Notes: a model not told the origin generated them from the letters alone. Positions 39,524-54,136 are shown, counted from the first letter of the stretch. The stretch: 64,000 bases of DNA from Octopus sinensis (GCF_006345805.1 NC_043003.1:8122001-8186000); one strand, 5' to 3'. Program-made: numbers and translations.

Positions 39524-39656
39524 TATTCAACACACCTACACACACACATATATATGTGTGTGTGTATGTGTATTTATATGTATATGTATGTTTATGTGTA
39601 TGCATGTATGTATATATATATACATATATATATGTATATGTGTATATATATATGTA

Positions 39657-39702
<46 letters not shown>

Positions 39703-39815
39703 GTGTGTGTGTGTGTGAGTGTGTTCGGTGTGGCTGGCGTGAAACGTAAGTCATGAGACTAACGATCACGTTCAATAAGGAAACCGTATTCTATACCACA
39801 TGTATTCAGCATTCC

Positions 39816-39866
<51 letters not shown>

Positions 39867-39869
<3 letters not shown>

Positions 39870-39975
39870 GTATATACTCGAGTAATGCTCAATGTTATGT
39901 AATAGACGCCCCTCTATTTTTGACCACAAAATGAGGAATTCTCCATGAACCCCGCATAAAAGTCGACCCTAATAT
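39867..39975. mobile_element. pogo/Tc2-like terminal relic
   Basis: TA|CCGTATATACTCGAGTA with subterminal AATAGACGCCCC and AAGTCGACCC motifs. Confidence 0.45.
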
Positions 39976-40456
39976 TTCACGGACAACAGGACGGCATTTG
40001 TGGGTCAAGTACCGTATTATACCGTACGTAGAAATAACGCTGTTCCAAAACTGTGCGGTTATCTTAATGTAGGTGGAATGCTTGGTGCTTATAATAGAAT
40101 GCTCGGTGCTTATAGTAAAACACCATTTAATAGCGAGCACTACTCATGTATGGATGGGTCCTATATCTGTATGTCAGTATATCTGTATGTCTATATATTA
40201 TGTAGTCTGATACGATATGGTCTCGAACTCTTTAAGTTGATCACAACTATTACCGGATATTGACGAACAGACACACAATTAAATTCTTATACTGTAAAGA
40301 TTATTTCCCGACATAATCTGGCAGTCCTGGTTAGGACGAATGTTACTGCTATTTAGCGCCAGGAAACATCGTCTCCAGTTGGCTATACGGCACACCACCT
40401 ATGTCCTTATATTTTCTCACAAAGGAGTTTAGCGTCCTCACTCGGCGTAACACAAT

Positions 40457-40503
40457 TTCAGCGTACCGCGGTTTCAGGCTTATTTTCCTTCGTCAGCATA
40501 GAA
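40457..40503 (-). ncRNA. Type-I hammerhead motif, intact core, inside Penelope-like repeat (about 40285-40510)
   Basis: Minus: UUCuaUG-CUGACGA-AGG aaaauaag CCU-GAAA-CCGCGG-UA-CGcuGAA. Stem III palindrome ACCGCGGU. Confidence 0.75.
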
Positions 40504-40631
40504 TAACTGCTTGGCAAGAGATGAGACTGCTAAACTCTTGTTCGAAATATATAATTTTCAAAGTGACATGCAGTAACAGATTAAAAAAAAATGTTCTATT
40601 TGAATTCTTATAGTTATACTCTTTATTCTCT

Positions 40632-40928
40632 TTAGACCCCCTTTTGGCCACAAATGACCATGGGGTTGTACCTAGAAAGTTTCCCTCCGAAGCACATGTC
40701 CGACCAAGTTTGTTTTATGGAAAACCAGTAGCCACCCATGAATACCAGTCTCCTCTTTCCCTGCCACCGATGTTGTCCAAGGGAAAGGCAAAGGTCGATA
40801 CAACTTGCCACTAGTGACGTGACGTCGTAAATCATTTTTATAGGTGAGAGAACTGGAGCAACGCGAACCTCCTCACCCTATGACTTGATTGTGCGTCCGA
40901 CACTCTAATCACTAATCCATGCGCCACC
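40632..40928 (-). mobile_element. tRNA-headed SINE with a different tail
   Basis: Minus head GGTGGCGCATGGATTAGTGATTAGAGTG; body CCTTTGCCTTTCCCTTGGACAACAT also at 59395-59420. Confidence 0.7.
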
Positions 40929-41273
<345 letters not shown>

Positions 41274-41394
41274 TATGTACATATGTGTGCGTGGTGGCTA
41301 ATGGATTAGTGATTAGAGTGTCTGACGCACAATCAAGTCATAGGGTGAGGAGGTTCGCGTTGCTCCAGTTCTCTCACCTGTAATATATATAAGA

Positions 41395-41458
<64 letters not shown>

Positions 41459-42001
41459 TGTGGATTATTAAATCATTTGCACCATATACAAAGTAGCGTG
41501 TGCTTTCAGACTCTAAATGTTGGAGAAGTGTTATTTCTGTCTTATATCCAGAAATCATGTTATATAATCTTTCTACTTTAAATGCCTCGTTATATCTGAA
41601 AACTTTTAAAGCTTCAAAGAAATTGCACGATTGATTTTGATCTCTTCTACCTCATAAGCCATAGCTAATTATAAAGTTAAAACGCCGTCATGCGCTTATT
41701 TTTTATTAACATAAAAAAGAATAATTTCAATATTTTACTTAATTATGGCCTTTTGCAAATATTCTAAATCAATAATTTACATATTTTTCTGTAAACGAAC
41801 AACAAAAAGTGGAAGCGTTTGAGTGTGTAGCAGTCCTTAATGTTTGTGAAATTATAGATTTTTTAATAAAAAAAAAATGAATATGTTATTTAATGCGCAT
41901 GTCTGGAGTAAAAAAAATAATCATGTGGAATCTGGAAGAAAACTTGGAATCTTAATTAACAAGTATATGGGACGGAAGAAATAAATAACAGGAAATACTT
42001 A

Positions 42002-42227
42002 AAATATAAATGCCAACTAAATGTGGCGGTCCCATAGAGGACGATGCTACTGTTGTTTTTAGCTCCAGGAGAACATCTACAGCTGGCTAATGACACACTA
42101 TGTATGATTATTATTTCTGAGGACAGTGTGTCGTTAGCTAGCTGGAGGGGATGTTCTCCAGGGGCATAAAACATCAGTAGCATCGTTCCTTATGGGACCG
42201 TCACATCTAGTTAGCGATTATATTTTA
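42002..42227. repeat. Imperfect inverted repeat, about 100 bp arms, homologous to 40300-40412
   Basis: GTGGCGGTCCCATA..GCTGGCTAATGACACACT / AGTGTGTCGTTAGCTAGC..TATGGGACCGTCAC. Confidence 0.85.
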
Positions 42228-43613
42228 TGATTCCACTTCTCGCTCAGAGATTAAATATTGCTTATTTCTCCTTTTTCTAGAAAATACTTATCTGGAATTT
42301 TTTCGACAAATAGCTAACTTTACTGTTATATTCTACTAGAAGTTGCAGGACAAGGAGAATAGTAAAACTTGAAACTTATTGTCACAGATTAATTAGCAAA
42401 TATGTCGTAAATATAGACATTCAGATTATTCGCCATCTTCGCATTATTTTCTCACAATTCCTCCCAGCTTGTGTTGCCGTCGTCTGTTGATAATAATACT
42501 CCTTAAAAACATAAAGGTTAGTTTTTTTTAATATACGTCGTCAGTTCTTTTATTATGGTAAAATTAGCCTCGTTTATTACTGAATCATCACTGACTCGGG
42601 ATAACGAGCTACGCTTATTTATGAACCATGCTATGCTTATCACAAAATGATCTGTGATAACACGTTCCGCAATCAGTCGAAGATTCTGAGTGTATCGCAA
42701 AAACGCGCCTCAGTGATCACCCACGATACTCACCTACCTAGTATGTACTGCTTATCGTTTGTCTATACATGACATCACTTCGAGGGTGCGTACATGGAGG
42801 GTACATACACGTAACTATAACCTTGGAAGCAGTGCAAAGAAAAATACAAACACGTCTGACCCTAACGAATGATACCGATGAGTGTATTCTCTACAGGAAA
42901 AGGTGATCAATCAAGAAACCTACGTGAAAGCTTCGCTGCTGTCTGTTGCAATGAATCTAAGATGCGTTAAAATTACCAAGGGTGATTCATTTATCACCGA
43001 TTCATTTATCACTGATTCCTTTATCATGGTTTTTCCTTGGAAACAAACTCTCGTGGTAAACAAGAATAGACGTATTATAATCCAAACATTTGTAAAAATT
43101 CAATTACTTACAATAATATTGTTGTTCCCTTCATTCGATATCACCTTTTATTAGCAGTTGGAACTGGAAGAGGAATTTAGAAATAACTCGCTTTACACGT
43201 TCTTGTCCTTGCAATATTTGATACTCACCCAAACTGACCATGTCTATAACTCATTCGAAACAGTCCAACAAATTTTAACTCCAGCATGACCGTCAGGTTA
43301 AGAAGCCCACATTGCGGTGTCTAGGGAAAGCATTTCATGCTACAGTCCAGATAAAGTCAAGCCTGAGTGGAGAGAAATGATGCGGACATCCATCGGTTGG
43401 ATTGCATCCATTCTTTAAAAGTATTCATGATTTTCCACTCTTTTCAACGCTAGCATCACGTCGTTGAGTATCTTTAGTAGAGGCCCCCATGTTGCATGCA
43501 TTCAAGTTAGCTCTCTTCTTCCATAAGTTACTTCATCAACTCTATCAGAGTCAGTCTCTATAAAATGGTTATAAGCTTTGGCACTTATTTGACTATATCA
43601 CACAAAATATAGT

Positions 43614-43915
43614 GGAGGCACATGACCTAGTGGTTAGAGCAGCGGACTGGCGGTCGAGGGATCGCGGGTTCGAATCTCAGACCTGACGATGTGTATGTTT
43701 ATGAGCGAAGCACCTAAGCTCCACGCGGCTCCGGCAGAAGGCAATGGCGAACTCCTGCTGACTCTTTCGCCACGAATTTCTCTCACTCTTTCCTCTTGCA
43801 TCTTGCAGCTCACCTGCGACGGATCGGCGTCCTATCCAGGTGGGGAACCTATACGCCAATGAAACCGGGAAAACCGGCCCTTATGAGCCAGGCCTGGCTC
43901 GAGAAGGAACAAACA
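43614..43915 (+). mobile_element. tRNA-derived SINE C variant
   Basis: TGACCTAGTGGTTAGAGC A-box, GGGTTCGAATCTC B-box, ACAA tail. Confidence 0.85.
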
Positions 43916-44808
43916 GATCAAAATATAAATCGCATCGATTCTGAATTGTTGTTTTTGGCACCAGGCGAATGAAGCAGCAAGTGTTTGGATGGTTATTTAG
44001 TAATATAGGATTAACTGCATTTATATAAGTTACATTTACATCAAACTCTCTAGTGTTCTGTGTTTATGGACAAATGTTCTTATAGCCATTCAGAATTACT
44101 GTGAGCAAACATACTTAATGATCTTTGCTCGCGGGAATACATGAGAAATCTATGAGCAAATGTTTACATTGCTGTTGTGATCGATTTAACTACATCCGGC
44201 AGTGATCTATTAGGATCTAATACAAAGCAAAACATTCGAAAAGCAAAGTCCTCTGAAGGTGTGAGACTGCAATATTTATTATATTTAAGTCTTCAGAATT
44301 ATATCAGTAACTTTTTGTTTGCATTGCAGCTTTACATCAAATGGAATCTGATGGGATATAACTTGAATTGGTTAGTGTTAAATCTATCTATAATGGCGTT
44401 AAGAAGAACCTTTTTGTGGCAATGCGGTTTCAGTCCCTTGGGCAAGTGGTTTCTCTCATGTCTTAGGGTTGACTAATGCGTGGGCAGAAAGTGAGTAGAT
44501 AGCTAACTCGCTTTGTGATAATGAGTGCACCAAACCTCACGTGTGCGTATGCTCACATTTTTGCGAATGCTTGTATAAGCGATTGTACTGACGCCATGCA
44601 GCTTGCTCGAGGGCGTTTATACATTCATATGTGTTAACGGTTATTTTAAATACTTTTCTCGCTGGATTGCCTGTTCGGTTCTTTTTTTGTCATCTGTGAT
44701 TTTATTTTTGATCTTCTATATAAATGAAGATATTTCTTCTGGTTGGCTGCTTTTCTTTCTACAAGACGGGCATTGCGGAACAGTTATTTTAACAAGTTGT
44801 ATTCATTT

Positions 44809-44902
44809 ATCACCCGACGAGATACATCTGCACCGCCGGATGCTCCTGAATCAGTTGTTCAGTGTCTCACCCAAGATGATGCGTCGAAACAATTGTCGTG
44901 AT
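44809..44902 (+). ncRNA. Type-I hammerhead motif (U4C) with long stem II
   Basis: ATCAC-CCGACGA-GATaCATC..GATGcGTC-GAAA-CAATTG-TC-GTGAT, followed by AATAAA and (TA)n. Confidence 0.78.
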
Positions 44903-47103
44903 TAATAATAAATTCTCGTATATTCCATCTTTTGTCTTTCATTTTCCATATATATATATAGACACACATTCACGTGTATATGTTTGTTGGGTGTGTTTCT
45001 TTGTGTTTCTACTCCTTTGAGAACCAGTTTAATCAAGCTACTCGGATAAAGAGACAGGCAGAGTAATTATCAAATTATCAGACATTGAAAAAGAAAAAGA
45101 TGTACTGGGGAGATTTGTTAGACTAGCATCCTTTAAGGCACTCCAGTTTGGGCGTAGTCTAATGACCGAAAGATGTAAAATATGAAGTATCTCAAGGTTA
45201 AACATCTATATATATTACCATAGGAGGGCCTCATACAGAAATGTGCATAAAATTTATAGACCGTGATATTGTGATATACAATGAAATATAATCTGTTCAG
45301 GGTTGGGTCACAGGAGACCAGACTGGCACCTTTCGGCATCTGACCACGTGAGGAAAATTGTTACAAACTTTGTAAGACAAATCTAGTAAAAGAAAAAGAA
45401 CCTATTAAAAGAAGATGTAAACCGAGAGGATTTATAGAAATACAAATGCGTGGGAAATGACGAGCTGGAAAATAAGTTTGGTAATGATGAGGTACATTTC
45501 ATCTAGGAAACAAGGTTTCATAGCCGTGGAAAGGACGAACTGTCTGCTCTTCCCCAGCACTTATGGGTGAACCAAGGAGTACAAAGCACTAGTGTAGTAG
45601 GTAGTAGATACGATCTGGTTGGTGGCCACTCGGTCGCAGTCAGTAAGTATAAATGATTTCATATAAGGAGGTCATGACTTCGAAAGCCATTTCAGAGTTG
45701 GACATCTGATGTATCTGATGTTAAAGATAGGCAAGGACATTGATATGCATTTGTCGATCAAAAATCTCTGAAATGATTGTTGGCGTTTTATTAATTGCTG
45801 CCAAAAGCAAGAACTTTTCTCTAAGACAAACCACAGTGAAATGGCTTTTTTACAGGTAAAATATGTCCAAGGCATATTTTTACTAACCTGAAACTTTCTT
45901 TACTGCTGAGCATATTTTGAGAGAACTGCAAGTTGTGTCAGATAGATTTTATGGTGATTTATGACTGAGTGGAATTTCGATAGACCCTGCATCTTGATAG
46001 ATGTGCCAGACAAACTCAATTACCATTACCATTTGGACTAATTCTACCCTTTTCACTGTTAACATGGTGATACTGAGAAAGTTGCGACCTGAATGCCATT
46101 ACAAAGCTACATAGATTCTGTTGCTATAATTTTGGTTAGTACCTCTTACTGCTGCCACAGATGAAGACCACTTCATGAACTACGCATAAACAATATTTTT
46201 ACAAAAAGAAGTTCTATAATTGCATGAAAGGAAAACATTTCTTTTACCAAAGCTAATTCAATAGACATTTAAATGTTATAGACAGGGAAAAAATCCTTGT
46301 TTACAAAAGAAATAAAAAATGTTTTCTTTAAACAAATCGGAAAGCCAAATTTTATAGATGCTTTCTCGAGAGACTTCCTTACACTTCAACGCACAAATAT
46401 AACGATGATGGTTGTGATGATGATAGTGGTTGTCGGTGGTGGCGGAGTTGGCGGTGTCGGTGACGATGATGATGGTGGTGGGGATGATAAAAAAATAACA
46501 ATAATAATAATAACAACAACAACAACAACATCAATAATAATAATAATAATAATATGGCAACAACAACCATGCATAACCTATTTTTGCTCTCTTGACGTTG
46601 AAGTGCATTCTCATCAGTCACACATGGATGAATCTGTGCATTTTAACATTGGTGGGGTGGGGTGGGGTGGGGTGGGGACTTTTCTTTTAACGAACCCACA
46701 CAACACTCACGCAAACCCACATAAGACCCGCGCAAACCCACACAAACCCACATGCCCAAACACAACATAGTCACAGAGTTCGTTAGATACACAACTATTT
46801 CCACGTATATTCGTAAACATACATGAATAAAATATGACGCCATCACGCATAAACCAGGAAGCCAAAATGGAGAAAAAAAATGGTTACAATCGAGCTGCTG
46901 TCAGATTAATTTAACGGCGATTGTGCACCGTTGTACTTTCCATATTTTCATTCCTAAAAGCTGGGTCTTTGTTATTTCCTTATCAGTAATGTTTTTTGTA
47001 AACTTTTCCCCTAGTTACCATTTTCCTTTCAACTTGATATCTCGGCTCGATTGAGTAACTAAAATGGTCCAACTCGTCGAAGATTCTATATTCACCTGTC
47101 TCT

Positions 47104-47755
47104 GGCGGCGAGCTGGCAGAATCGTTAGCATGCTGGGCGAAATGCTAAGCGGTGTTCGTCTGCAGTTACGTTCTGAGTTCAAATTCTGCCGAGGTCGACT
47201 TTACTTTTCATCCTTTCGGGGTCGATAAATTAAGTACCAGTTACGCACTGGGGCCGATGTAATCGACTTAACACCTATGTCTGTCCTTGTTTGTCCCCTC
47301 TATGTTTAGCCCCTTGTGGGTAGTAAAGAAATACGTATTTCGTCTGCCGCTACGTTCTGAGTTCAAATTCCACCGAGATCGACTTTACCTTTCATACTTT
47401 CGGGGTCGATAAATTAAGTACCAGTTACGCACTGGGATCGATGTAATCGACTTAATACCCATGTCTGTTCTTGTTTGTCCCCTCTTTGTTTAGACCCTTG
47501 TGGGTAGTAAAGAAATAGGTATTTCGTCTGCCGCTACATTCTGAGTTCAAATTCCACCGAGATCGACTTTACCTTTCATACTTTCGGGGTCGATAAATTA
47601 AGTACCAGTTACGCACTGGGGTCGATGTAATTATACCAAAATGATTATCAAAACCTTTAGAGTTACGCACTGGGGTCGATATAATCGATTTAATCCCTTT
47701 GTCTGTCCTTGTTTGTCCTCTCTGTGTTTAGCCGCTTTTGGGCAACAAAGAAATT
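47104..47755 (+). mobile_element. SINE B with internal tandem amplification (about 185 bp unit, three times)
   Basis: Repeated CGTCTG..TTCTGAGTTCAAATTC..GTAAAGAAATA. Confidence 0.92.
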
Positions 47756-47949
47756 ATATTCACCTGTCTCCCTCTCTCTGTGTATCTCTGTTTGACTCTT
47801 TCCCTTTCTGCTGCCCATTTTTAGATCATATAACATTAAGTGAAAACAACAATGTACTCCATTAAATAAAAATATGTCGAAGACGTAAAAGCTTTTAGTG
47901 TTCAAGTTATCTTTCTATCTTGGAATACAAGAGAAATTGTGTACTAAAT

Positions 47950-48750
47950 ATTCTTTTCTGCTCTAGGTACAAGACCCGAAATTTTTGGGGGAAGAGGCTA
48001 GTCGATTAGATCGACCCCAGTACGAAACTGTTACTTACTTTATCGACTCAGAAAGGATGAAAGGCAGAGTCGACCTTGGCGGAATTTGAACTGAGAACGT
48101 AACGACCGGTGAAATACTGCTAAGTATTTCATCCACCATGCTAACGACTCTGCCAGCTTGCTGCCTTAAAAGATCTTTTCTACTATAGGCACAAGGCCCG
48201 GAGTTCTTTTTTTCATGGGGTGGGGTCAGCCGATTAGATCGATCCCAGTACGCAACTGGTAATCAATCTATCGACCTCGAAAGGATAAAAGGCAAAGTCG
48301 GCCTTGGTGGAATTTGAACTCAGAACGTAAAAACAGACGAAATACCTATTTCTTTACTACCCACAAGGGGCTAAAGACAGAGAGGACAAACAAGGACAGA
48401 CAAACGGATTAAGTCGATTATATCGATCCCAGGGCGTAACTGGTACTTATTTAATCGACCCTGAATGGATGAAAGGTAAAGTCGACCTCGGCGGAATTTG
48501 AACTCAGAACGTAGCGGCAGACGAAATATGGCGGAGCATTTCGCCCGGCGTGCTAAGGGTTCTGCCAGCTCACCGTCTTAAATAATCTTTTCTACTCTAG
48601 GCACAAGGCACAAAAATATTTGGGGAGCGGGAGTAGGAAATCGAGTAGATCGACCCCAGCACGCAACTGGTATTTAATTTATCGATCCCGAAAGGATGAA
48701 AGGCAATGTTGACCTCGGTGGAATTTGAACTCAGAACGTAAAGACAGACA
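47950..48750 (-). mobile_element. SINE B array (four units) on opposite strand
   Basis: Repeated GAAAGGATGAAAGGC..GGAATTTGAACTCAGAACGTA. Confidence 0.92.
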
Positions 48751-48902
48751 CATTTCTGAACTAAATATAATGTGCGTGTGTATCTTGTATATTTTAATTT
48801 TTATCTTTTACTTATTTCAGTCACTAGATACCGGCCATGTTGGGGTACTGCCTTGAAGAATTGCACACGAACAACTACACAGACATATACACAATCACAT
48901 AC

Positions 48903-48955
<53 letters not shown>

Positions 48956-49814
48956 AAACGCATTCACAAAACTTTGGTCAGCCCGAAGTATAATAAAAGA
49001 CATCCTCCCAAGATGCCATGCAGTGGGATTGAACCCGGAACATGCGTTTGAAAGCAAACATCTTACCTACATCTAAGCCTACACCTGTATGTGTATATGT
49101 ATATATATGCTTGTGGTGTATTATTGATAAGGAATTGTTTGTTTTGGTACGTGTAGATGTGTGTCTGAGGTGTTTATCCCCACCCTTCGTATGGCAAACT
49201 GTGCTTGTTTGTTTTCGTCCTTGCTACCTAGCGATTCAACAAAAGACACCGATAGGATAAATAGCAGACTGAAAAAAATAAACCGTAGGGTCGAGTTGTT
49301 CAACGAAAATCCTTCAAGATTCTGCGACAGCCTGACCACAGACTAATGGCTGAAACAAGAATGATGGTAAGATACTGTTTCCTTGGCTCGAAACACAACC
49401 TTTTCATTCTTTCGTTATTCGGTTCTCCGAGACAATTTATCTCGATTTCGAAATATTCTACATGGCTTCGCAATTCTACTGCAATATGCAATCACTCGCA
49501 AACACACAACCACACACACACACACACACAGACAAAAGCCACACACACACGTACACTCATTCACTCATACTCACACACATGCTCACGCGCATCTATACAG
49601 TTAAATGCATTTCCACCGTTATAAGTAAGTTTTCCTGATTTTAATAAATTTGATAAATTTTCAATTCGTGCGCAACTTGAACTTTTGAATATAAACACTT
49701 GAGAACACCGACATTAATATATTGAATTAATTTAATTCATTCTAATATATTATATGTATCACTGCGGTGTTCCAGTGTGGCCGCATCTACTGGGAGCAGT
49801 AAAACAGAAAGTAG

Positions 49815-49866
<52 letters not shown>

Positions 49867-50010
49867 TATATATAATATATATATATATATATACAAACAC
49901 ACATACACACATTCATACATACATAGACCCATACATACACACAACCGCAACCTATGTGTATGTATATAATATATATGTATGTATATATATATATATATAT
50001 TATATATATA

Positions 50011-50088
50011 CTTTGATACTTTGATACTTTGATAGGTTTCGGCCATTATTGGCCCAGGCCATGTCTAACTTAATAGCACCACCTGGTG

Positions 50089-50090
<2 letters not shown>
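50011..50090 (-). mobile_element. Extremely 5'-truncated CR1-type tail in (TA)n
   Basis: Minus: GGTGGTGC..CATGGCC-TG-GGCCA ATAA TGGCC-GAAAC-C(TATCAAAG)x3. Confidence 0.65.
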
Positions 50091-50132
<42 letters not shown>

Positions 50133-50139
50133 TATATAT

Positions 50140-50185
<46 letters not shown>

Positions 50186-50291
50186 CATATATATATATAT
50201 ATAATACATATATACATATATATACATGGAAAGATAGATAGATAATTGATATATGTACATATGTATACATACATAAATATAAATATATATG

Positions 50292-50324
<33 letters not shown>

Positions 50325-50450
50325 GTAATATATAGAAAGTGTCAGAAAGAGAAAGAGATTGTTAGATGTATAAATTGATACGTAGGCGTGTGTACATATA
50401 ACCAGATATACATACACATATGTTTATGTATGTATAGGTGTGTGTGCGTG

Positions 50451-50482
<32 letters not shown>

Positions 50483-51029
50483 AAAGTATGTGTGTATGTA
50501 TCAATGTATATGACTATAATTGTTTTCCAAAAATCTATTTCATGTAATAAAATCCGGTGTATTTATTATATTAAACGCAGCACATTTTTCGGTCCTCAAA
50601 CTGAAAGCGAACACCTGGAGGCATGAAGAGCAATAACGAAAAGTGTGGGAAAAAATTGAAATTGTTCTTACGCACACATTGAGAATCATAGACGCACATA
50701 CGAACAGAACATAAGCATGTATATACACACATTGGCACAGTGAAGGTAATTGAAATATATGCAGAGATTACACGGACTTGCTTTCAACGTTTTCACTTCT
50801 TCCGTATAAAGCTCAGGCGGAACTCTACATTCATATATGCTTTTAAGCATACGTTCACACTGAGGTTCGCTTGTATACATACACACACACATGAACACAT
50901 ACGCATACACGTACACATATACACAGATACACACGCTCACATATAAATATATGTTTATTATATTTAACTGGTTAAAAAGGCTGTGAGGCAAATCTCGATG
51001 CACTAGTCGTTATATACATACATACGTAC

Positions 51030-51062
<33 letters not shown>

Positions 51063-51139
51063 TGTATATGTATATATATATATGTATATGTGTGTGCGTG
51101 TAGATAATATTATAATATATATATTATATATATATATAT

Positions 51140-51290
51140 ATTATCTCTCTCTCTCTCTATCTTTCTGTCTGTCTATTTATATGCATGTATGTATGTATGT
51201 ATGTATATAAAATTTAAACTTTATATGTGCGTATAGATACACAGTAGATCCGTAAATACATAGATATAGATGCAAATAACTCTTGTATAT

Positions 51291-51342
<52 letters not shown>

Positions 51343-51490
51343 CTCTCTCTCTCTCTATCTTTCTGTCTGTCTATTTATATGCATGTATGTATGTATGTAT
51401 GTATATATAAATTTAACTTATATATGTGCGTATAGATACACAGTAGATCCGTAAATACATAGATATAGATGCAAATATACTCTTGTATAT
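51140..51490. repeat. Tandem duplication, about 200 bp, bounded by (TA)n
   Basis: TATCTCTCTC..ACAGTAGATCCGTAAATAC..ACTCTTGTATAT twice. Confidence 0.9.
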
Positions 51491-51511
51491 ATATATATAT
51501 ATATTATATAT

Positions 51512-51550
<39 letters not shown>

Positions 51551-52216
51551 GTGTCTGGGTGTGTGTCTCTGTGTGTGTATATATATATGTGTGTATATGT
51601 TTAAAAAAGAAAAAAAAAGCTTGTAAAAATTCAACACCACATAACATAAGTAAACAGAGAACTGAAATAAGCAAACACAAATGTGTCATCTCAGATAATC
51701 GTTGAAAAAAGTCAAACACATCCATTCATGATGTGCGCATCAAAATATACATAATTATGTATAAAGTTCTTGTGTAATCTAGCCTAGAGCAGCGTATTAA
51801 TCCTGTGTAGGGACACATATTTATCGTTATTGGGAAAAATAAAACAAGATGAAAGTCTCGAATTGCAACGAAATGGCTCGTGCTTCGCAAAATAACTCTG
51901 TAATTTCGATCTGTTTAGGCTTCGTAGTTAGATCTTTTATAGTTTGCAGACATCAAGCGTTTTCTGGTAACTTTTCAAAGCATCTGTAGGTATCCGGCAT
52001 TTATCACTTCCTGGTGCACTTTTGACATGCAAAAGTAGGCCCAGTGATTACGTAAATAGAGCAGAGGGCAAAATGAATTCATAATTATCGATTTATTCTT
52101 TGAAAGTGCAAAGTCAATAAAAAAAAAATCTTTATTTATTCAAAATGTCAAATTGCAGAACCTAAATTATGGCGCTTCACAACAGATCAATCGTAATATC
52201 AACATATGTCGGTAGG

Positions 52217-52350
52217 TTCTATATTTAAGAGATGAGGAATTATGTACATTATTTACATTATTTACATTTGACGTATATTTCTCTTCATCTTGTTTGTTAA
52301 CACAACGCTTCGGCTGATATACCCTCCAGCTTCGTCAGGTGTCTTGGGGA

Positions 52351-52413
<63 letters not shown>

Positions 52414-52575
52414 AAGAAGAAGAAGAAGAAGAACATCGAAAAATACCTCAGGAATGAGAACGCAGATTTGAAATTTCCTCCAAGACACCTGATGAAGGCT
52501 GGAGGGTATATCAGCCAAAACGTTGTGTCAACAACAAACTAGATGAGGACAAATATCCGTCAAATATGAATAATG
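52217..52575. mobile_element. Penelope-like inverted terminal repeats with two hammerhead copies and (AAT)n(AAG)n spacer
   Basis: Hammerheads 52299-52343 (-; CUGACGA, GAAG) and 52484-52529 (+; CUGAUGA, G12A). Confidence 0.82.
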
Positions 52576-52814
52576 AGTATGTAGGTAGGTCTCTTAATTC
52601 CTGCTATATCAAGCACCTCACCTCAACTACATATATACAAACACGCATATTTGTATGGAACATGGAGGACGTTTCTTGATCGTCTATCAATATCTTAGAA
52701 AGAAATCTTAGATTTTCACCAAATTGCTCTGTAACCTCTGAACAAAAGATTCTGTCAGGTGTACCTTGGTGTACAGTGATGTTTGCTCATTATGTCTCTG
52801 AGGTGTCTAACCGT

Positions 52815-53575
52815 GTGGCTAAGTGGTCAGCATATTTCACTCATAATCCTATGATCGAGAGTTCGAACCCCGGCGGTGCGCTTTAGTTTTGAGCTAGACG
52901 CTTTGTTTCGCGTTGCTCCAGTTAACTCAGCTAGCAAAATAGAATAGTACCCGTGTTTACAAAAAAACAGCCTTGTTACATTCTGTGTCATACTGAATCT
53001 CCGTGAAAACTACGTTAAGAGAACGCGTGTCTTTGGAATACTCAGCCATTTGTACATTAATTTCACGCGCTTGGGGTTCCGTCAGTCGGACCAAGTGGAA
53101 CCTTCGTCGTCGTAACCGACGGAGTGCTTTCTTTATTTATATTACGCTAATAACAATCAAATACATAAAGCCCCGTTGATTAGCGTAAGAACTTTAAAAT
53201 GTGGCGGAAATGTGGTCGAGAGTTCGAACCCCGGCGGCACCTTTTAGTTTTGAGTCAGACGCTTTGTTTCGCGATGCTCTAGGAGTCAGCTAGCAAAATA
53301 GAGTAGTACCCGTGTTTTCAAAGAGCCAGCCTTGTCACATTCTGTGTCATACTGAATTTCCCTGAGAACTACGTTAAGGTAACGCGTGTCTGTGGAGTAC
53401 TCAGCCACTTGCACATTAATTTCACGAGCCTGGGATTCTGTCAGTCGGATCAAGTGTAACCTTCGTCGTCGTAACCGGCGGAGTGCTTTTTTTTAATTTA
53501 TATTACGCTAATAACAATCAAATACATAAAGTGTCATTGATTAGCTTAAGAATTTTAAAATAAGGAGGAAATGTG
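52815..53575 (+). mobile_element. SINE C tandemly duplicated with flanking DNA (about 360 bp unit)
   Basis: TCGAGAGTTCGAACCCCGGCGG..GGAAATGTGG twice. Confidence 0.88.
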
Positions 53576-54083
53576 GATCAACTACCGAACCTCATCTTCC
53601 AGCTCTTCTGGTATCTAATGGCAAGACAGCATCAAAACAGCTAAGAATTACCAGGTGCAAGAGCTACCAGAATAAGACATAACTGTCCTACTACCTGTAG
53701 AGACCCAGTCCTAATCATCTTTTAGACTTTTGAGTCCCTTAGCCTTAATTAAGCATAATCTGCTAGGTAACAGATGGATTTTCCGGTAGTTGAAAATTTT
53801 AAGCTGATGAAAGCCCTTGCGCAGGGTCAATAGCACTCTCAAATCAGCGTATGCATTTGTAGAATAAGAAGAAATTGTCTACGTCATTGGGTGCAAACAA
53901 AGTCGCAGATATTATATCAGAATTTTCATTCTAGAGAGATGTCTAACCAAGGCTACGGGTTTGTCACACCCTGCTCTTTGAAGGCCTTTCACTCAGGAGA
54001 GTTCGTCCGCCACGTTGACATGTAATGTTTTTCATCCTGCAGTTTGTTCGAAGAAAACCGCACACACACACACACACACACAC

Positions 54084-54136
<53 letters not shown>

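Noticed and set aside
43140-43600. Possible LINE AP-endonuclease relic on minus
   Set aside because: Single weak motif with frameshifts.
46590-46625. CUGAUGA-containing hammerhead candidate on minus
   Set aside because: GAAA is missing and stem I does not pair.
47104-47755. CRISPR-like repeat array
   Set aside because: Whole units are homologous SINE sequence with no unique spacers; eukaryotic context and no cas genes.
53797-53845. CTGATGA plus GCCCT/AGGGT stem
   Set aside because: Lacks GAAA and a stem III palindrome; at most a heavily decayed relic, so not counted.
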